The translations under genes and the position numbers were made by a program. The notes below the pieces were generated by a model. The model had not been told where the DNA came from. It did no database searches and was given only the letters and a program-made list of their open reading frames with translations. A stretch of 64,000 nucleotides of DNA from NCBI GenBank assembly GCA_965205865.1, contig CBDBHR010000029.1:288001-352000 (forward strand), given 5' to 3'. This document shows positions 61,598 through 64,000 of this stretch, piece by piece; positions within the stretch are counted from its first letter, which is position 1, and each line of letters opens with the position of its first letter. This DNA comes from a bacterium. GTDB lineage: Bacteria > SAR324 > NAC60-12.

Positions 61598-63292
61598 CCT
61601 AAATCCTGCAATTGAATATTTTGATTGAGTTTCCCCCCACTCTTTGAGAGGTTTTTTTAAAAAAAGGATTTGAGAGTTGAATTTCCATCAGTCCTTGCTC
61701 ATAAAGGTTTTTCCGCCCTCCATTAGATCGTCATATTTTGTGATGATCTGATACCCGCTTTCGCGGGCACAAGATTCAAGACGTACTTCTCCCTGGATTT
61801 GGGAATTTACATCTCAGCAAAATGTATCCACTGGAGTGAAACAAAGGTTCCAGGTCTCTCCAACAGCGACCCATGCATCCCATTGAGCATTGTAAAGTGT
61901 TCTTTCCGGAACTCTCAGTTTTTGTTGACGAGCGCCACTCGTCCATTTTCCTGCCATTCGGACAAGATAGGTGCGCATGGTGGCCGGTTCCCAACGGCGC
62001 AGTATTGCGTTACCACTACAAAGGGCCATCCAGCGCAGCGTGTTGTAAGCGAGTATCGCGCATTGGAACAAGGCACTGTTGGCCCAAAAATCGTCGGTTT
62101 TAATCTGAGCCAGCGCAGTTTGATTTTTTGCTTCCTCAATCCATGTCTCAGCGACCGCCCTTTGGCCATACTCTTTGTGAGCCTGCCAGGGAGTGAGCGC
62201 GTCAGTGAGAACATAACAAAAATAATCGTACTCCTTCATCTCAAAGAGGGTGGCCATCCCTTTGAGTTCCTCCTCTTTCTCCCTGCGTACGGCCATGAAT
62301 TTTCTTGACCTCCTCCAAGTTTCACATTGGTGGGAAAACTCACACCCTTCCCAAGCGGGCTGCCCCTTCACTTTTTGCCATTTTTGGGTTTCCAACAACG
62401 AGACAAGCCCCTTGAGTTTGACCTTGATCAGATAGCCATGGCCTCGTTCTTCGAGGAAATCCAGCAAATCCCCCACAAAAAAACCACTGTCTCCACGAAA
62501 CAGAGTGCGAGTCCGATTTGGAAGGTGAGCGAGAAGTTGCCGCATGAATTCAACGACTCCATTGCTGGTATAGGCACTCCCATCACGAAGCCAACCCTGA
62601 AGAATCTCCTTTGTCTCTGCGCAAAATGCCAGCAGAGGATGATACGAAGCTGCACCGCGTTTGTGGGGATTATATCCGACAGACACTCCTTGCTGCTTGC
62701 CGTAGGCCGTTTTCACAGTGGAGTCCACGTCAATCACAAGACAGTGTAACACCCCAACGATGCTTGTCCCACTTCGAAGCGCCTTACGCCAGATACCGGC
62801 TCGAATCCGATGGTTCAAGCTCTCCATCTCATTGATGTTTTTCTGTGTGAAAGTACGCAGTATCCGGCCGAATGTGGTTTCATCCGGAATCCTCAGCCAA
62901 CCGGCCACACGACTCAAAACACGGTCGTTCCAAACTGTCACAATCGAACGAATCGAACGGGCGCCACCAACAATGCCGACCACCGACAAAATGACCATGT
63001 CCACCGCGTCATAAAGACCCGTGGCGCCACGCCGATGATCTACGGTCTGCTCTGTCTTTGAAACAATCCCTTCTTTGTGAAAAAATTTGACAACCGGAAT
63101 CAAGCCTGCTTGCGCGGTCAGGTCTCTGCCTCCCTGGCTGATATGGATGTTTTTTGCTGTCGTTCTTGCCGATCTTGCGCTACCTTTGTTTTTCATGGTA
63201 ATGGTGATCTCTTAAAATGTTGATTCTGCTGTTAACTATTTGAGTATATTACCATTTCCATGTTTGATTGTCATCTAATTGCAGGATTTAGG
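61598..63292 (-). mobile_element. IS1380 family insertion sequence, complete
   Basis: Perfect 16-bp IRs CCTAAATCCTGCAATT (61598-61613, 63277-63292) and 5-bp target duplication GGTTA. Confidence 0.92.
61814..63196 (-). CDS. IS1380 family transposase
   Basis: IDVDST, YHPLLAF, RGDSGF, YGQRAVAETWIEEAK motifs. Confidence 0.92.
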   Translation of the reverse strand: MKNKGSARSARTTAKNIHISQGGRDLTAQAGLIPVVKFFHKEGIVSKTEQTVDHRRGATGLYDAVDMVILSVVGIVGGARSIRSIVTVWNDRVLSRVAGWLRIPDETTFGRILRTFTQKNINEMESLNHRIRAGIWRKALRSGTSIVGVLHCLVIDVDSTVKTAYGKQQGVSVGYNPHKRGAASYHPLLAFCAETKEILQGWLRDGSAYTSNGVVEFMRQLLAHLPNRTRTLFRGDSGFFVGDLLDFLEERGHGYLIKVKLKGLVSLLETQKWQKVKGQPAWEGCEFSHQCETWRRSRKFMAVRREKEEELKGMATLFEMKEYDYFCYVLTDALTPWQAHKEYGQRAVAETWIEEAKNQTALAQIKTDDFWANSALFQCAILAYNTLRWMALCSGNAILRRWEPATMRTYLVRMAGKWTSGARQQKLRVPERTLYNAQWDAWVAVGETWNLCFTPVDTFC

Positions 63293-64000
63293 GGTTAATG
63301 CTTTTTCCAGCAACTCTGCCCGAACGTTTTCAATCCCTCTGCGCATAACTTGTCCGAAATGGAAACGATGCTTAAGATGAAACATCAACGACTCTGCAGC
63401 AGATCTTCCATTTCGTGATTCCAAATAGATTTCACTTTCCCATTCTTCAATCGGGGTCATCTTTTTTCCCTTTGCCCCACTAATACTAAAAACCTTAACG
63501 CCTTTGCCCATCCACTTTTCTCTGATCGCCTGATTGGCATATCCATCATCAAGGCTCACTTCAGAGGGAATGGTGATGGTGCATCGCAAATGTTCAACAA
63601 GGGCAGGGTCGAGTTGCCCTGAATCAGCAGCATTGCCCTCCGGAGTAATTAACACGGAAATAAAACCATTTCCGCTCCTTCCTAATTGAGGCTTATATCC
63701 GATAAGCGCTTCTCGATCTCCCTTTTGAATATAAGCCGAGCTCTGATCGGAAAGACTCAATACTTTCTCAGTAGAAGGAACCTTCTTTTCTTCAAAAACT
63801 CTTTGATGACAGTAGATGATTACCCGTTGCAAATTAGAAATATCTTCATTCATCATTTCAATGAGGCGAATCAAACGCGTTTTCCGAGAAGGGGGGAGAA
63901 GAGCTTTTTGGGCACGGATATCCACCTTTGCCATTTCTTTTAAAAATTTCCCATGAGCGCTTTGAGCTTTCTTCAATAGGGTTTTGTAATGTTTTTTTCG

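Larger units (their letters stand above)
61536..64000 (-). pseudogene. IS5/ISNCY-like DDE transposase, 5'-partial at the window edge, disrupted by IS1380
   Basis: GYKPQLGRS, GNAADS, SLDDGY and RSAAES motifs. Removing IS1380 restores LLEKALT-YNFCKMIELKKRQLKQAA* ending at 61536. Confidence 0.85.

Overview
Bacterial chromosomal DNA from a diderm organism. The waaF, tolA/tolB, csrA and ftsH-cdaA-cdaR gene set suggests a Deltaproteobacteria/SAR324-like lineage; this is inference only. The window has three parts. (1) About 1-25.3 kb is a defence island on the 3' side of tRNA-Asn(GTT). It holds remnants of one type I R-M locus with an inserted zeta-like ATPase cassette, and an SspABCD-like DNA phosphorothioation module: cysteine desulfurase divergent from DUF4007, a large ATPase and a PAPS-reductase-family gene. 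The module is followed not by sspE but by a translationally coupled GIY-YIG nuclease plus DndB-like DGQHR protein. The island also has a truncated GHKL ATPase, a decayed Phd/ParE pair, an AlbA_2 protein, ISAzo13, IS630, a MITE, an intact hsdRSM and two AT-rich orphans. (2) About 25.5-31.8 kb is a patchwork of IS remnants, a GC-rich Calx-beta/autotransporter-like gene, mutY and a stray hsdR fragment. (3) About 31.9-61.2 kb is housekeeping backbone, including a giant repeat-rich TolA-like gene and a 6S RNA candidate, followed by an IS1380 nested inside another transposase. The best candidate for a new system is the Ssp-like module with its GIY-YIG/DGQHR pair and palindromic bidirectional promoter. 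All protein calls come from motif recognition by eye; no database searches were run.
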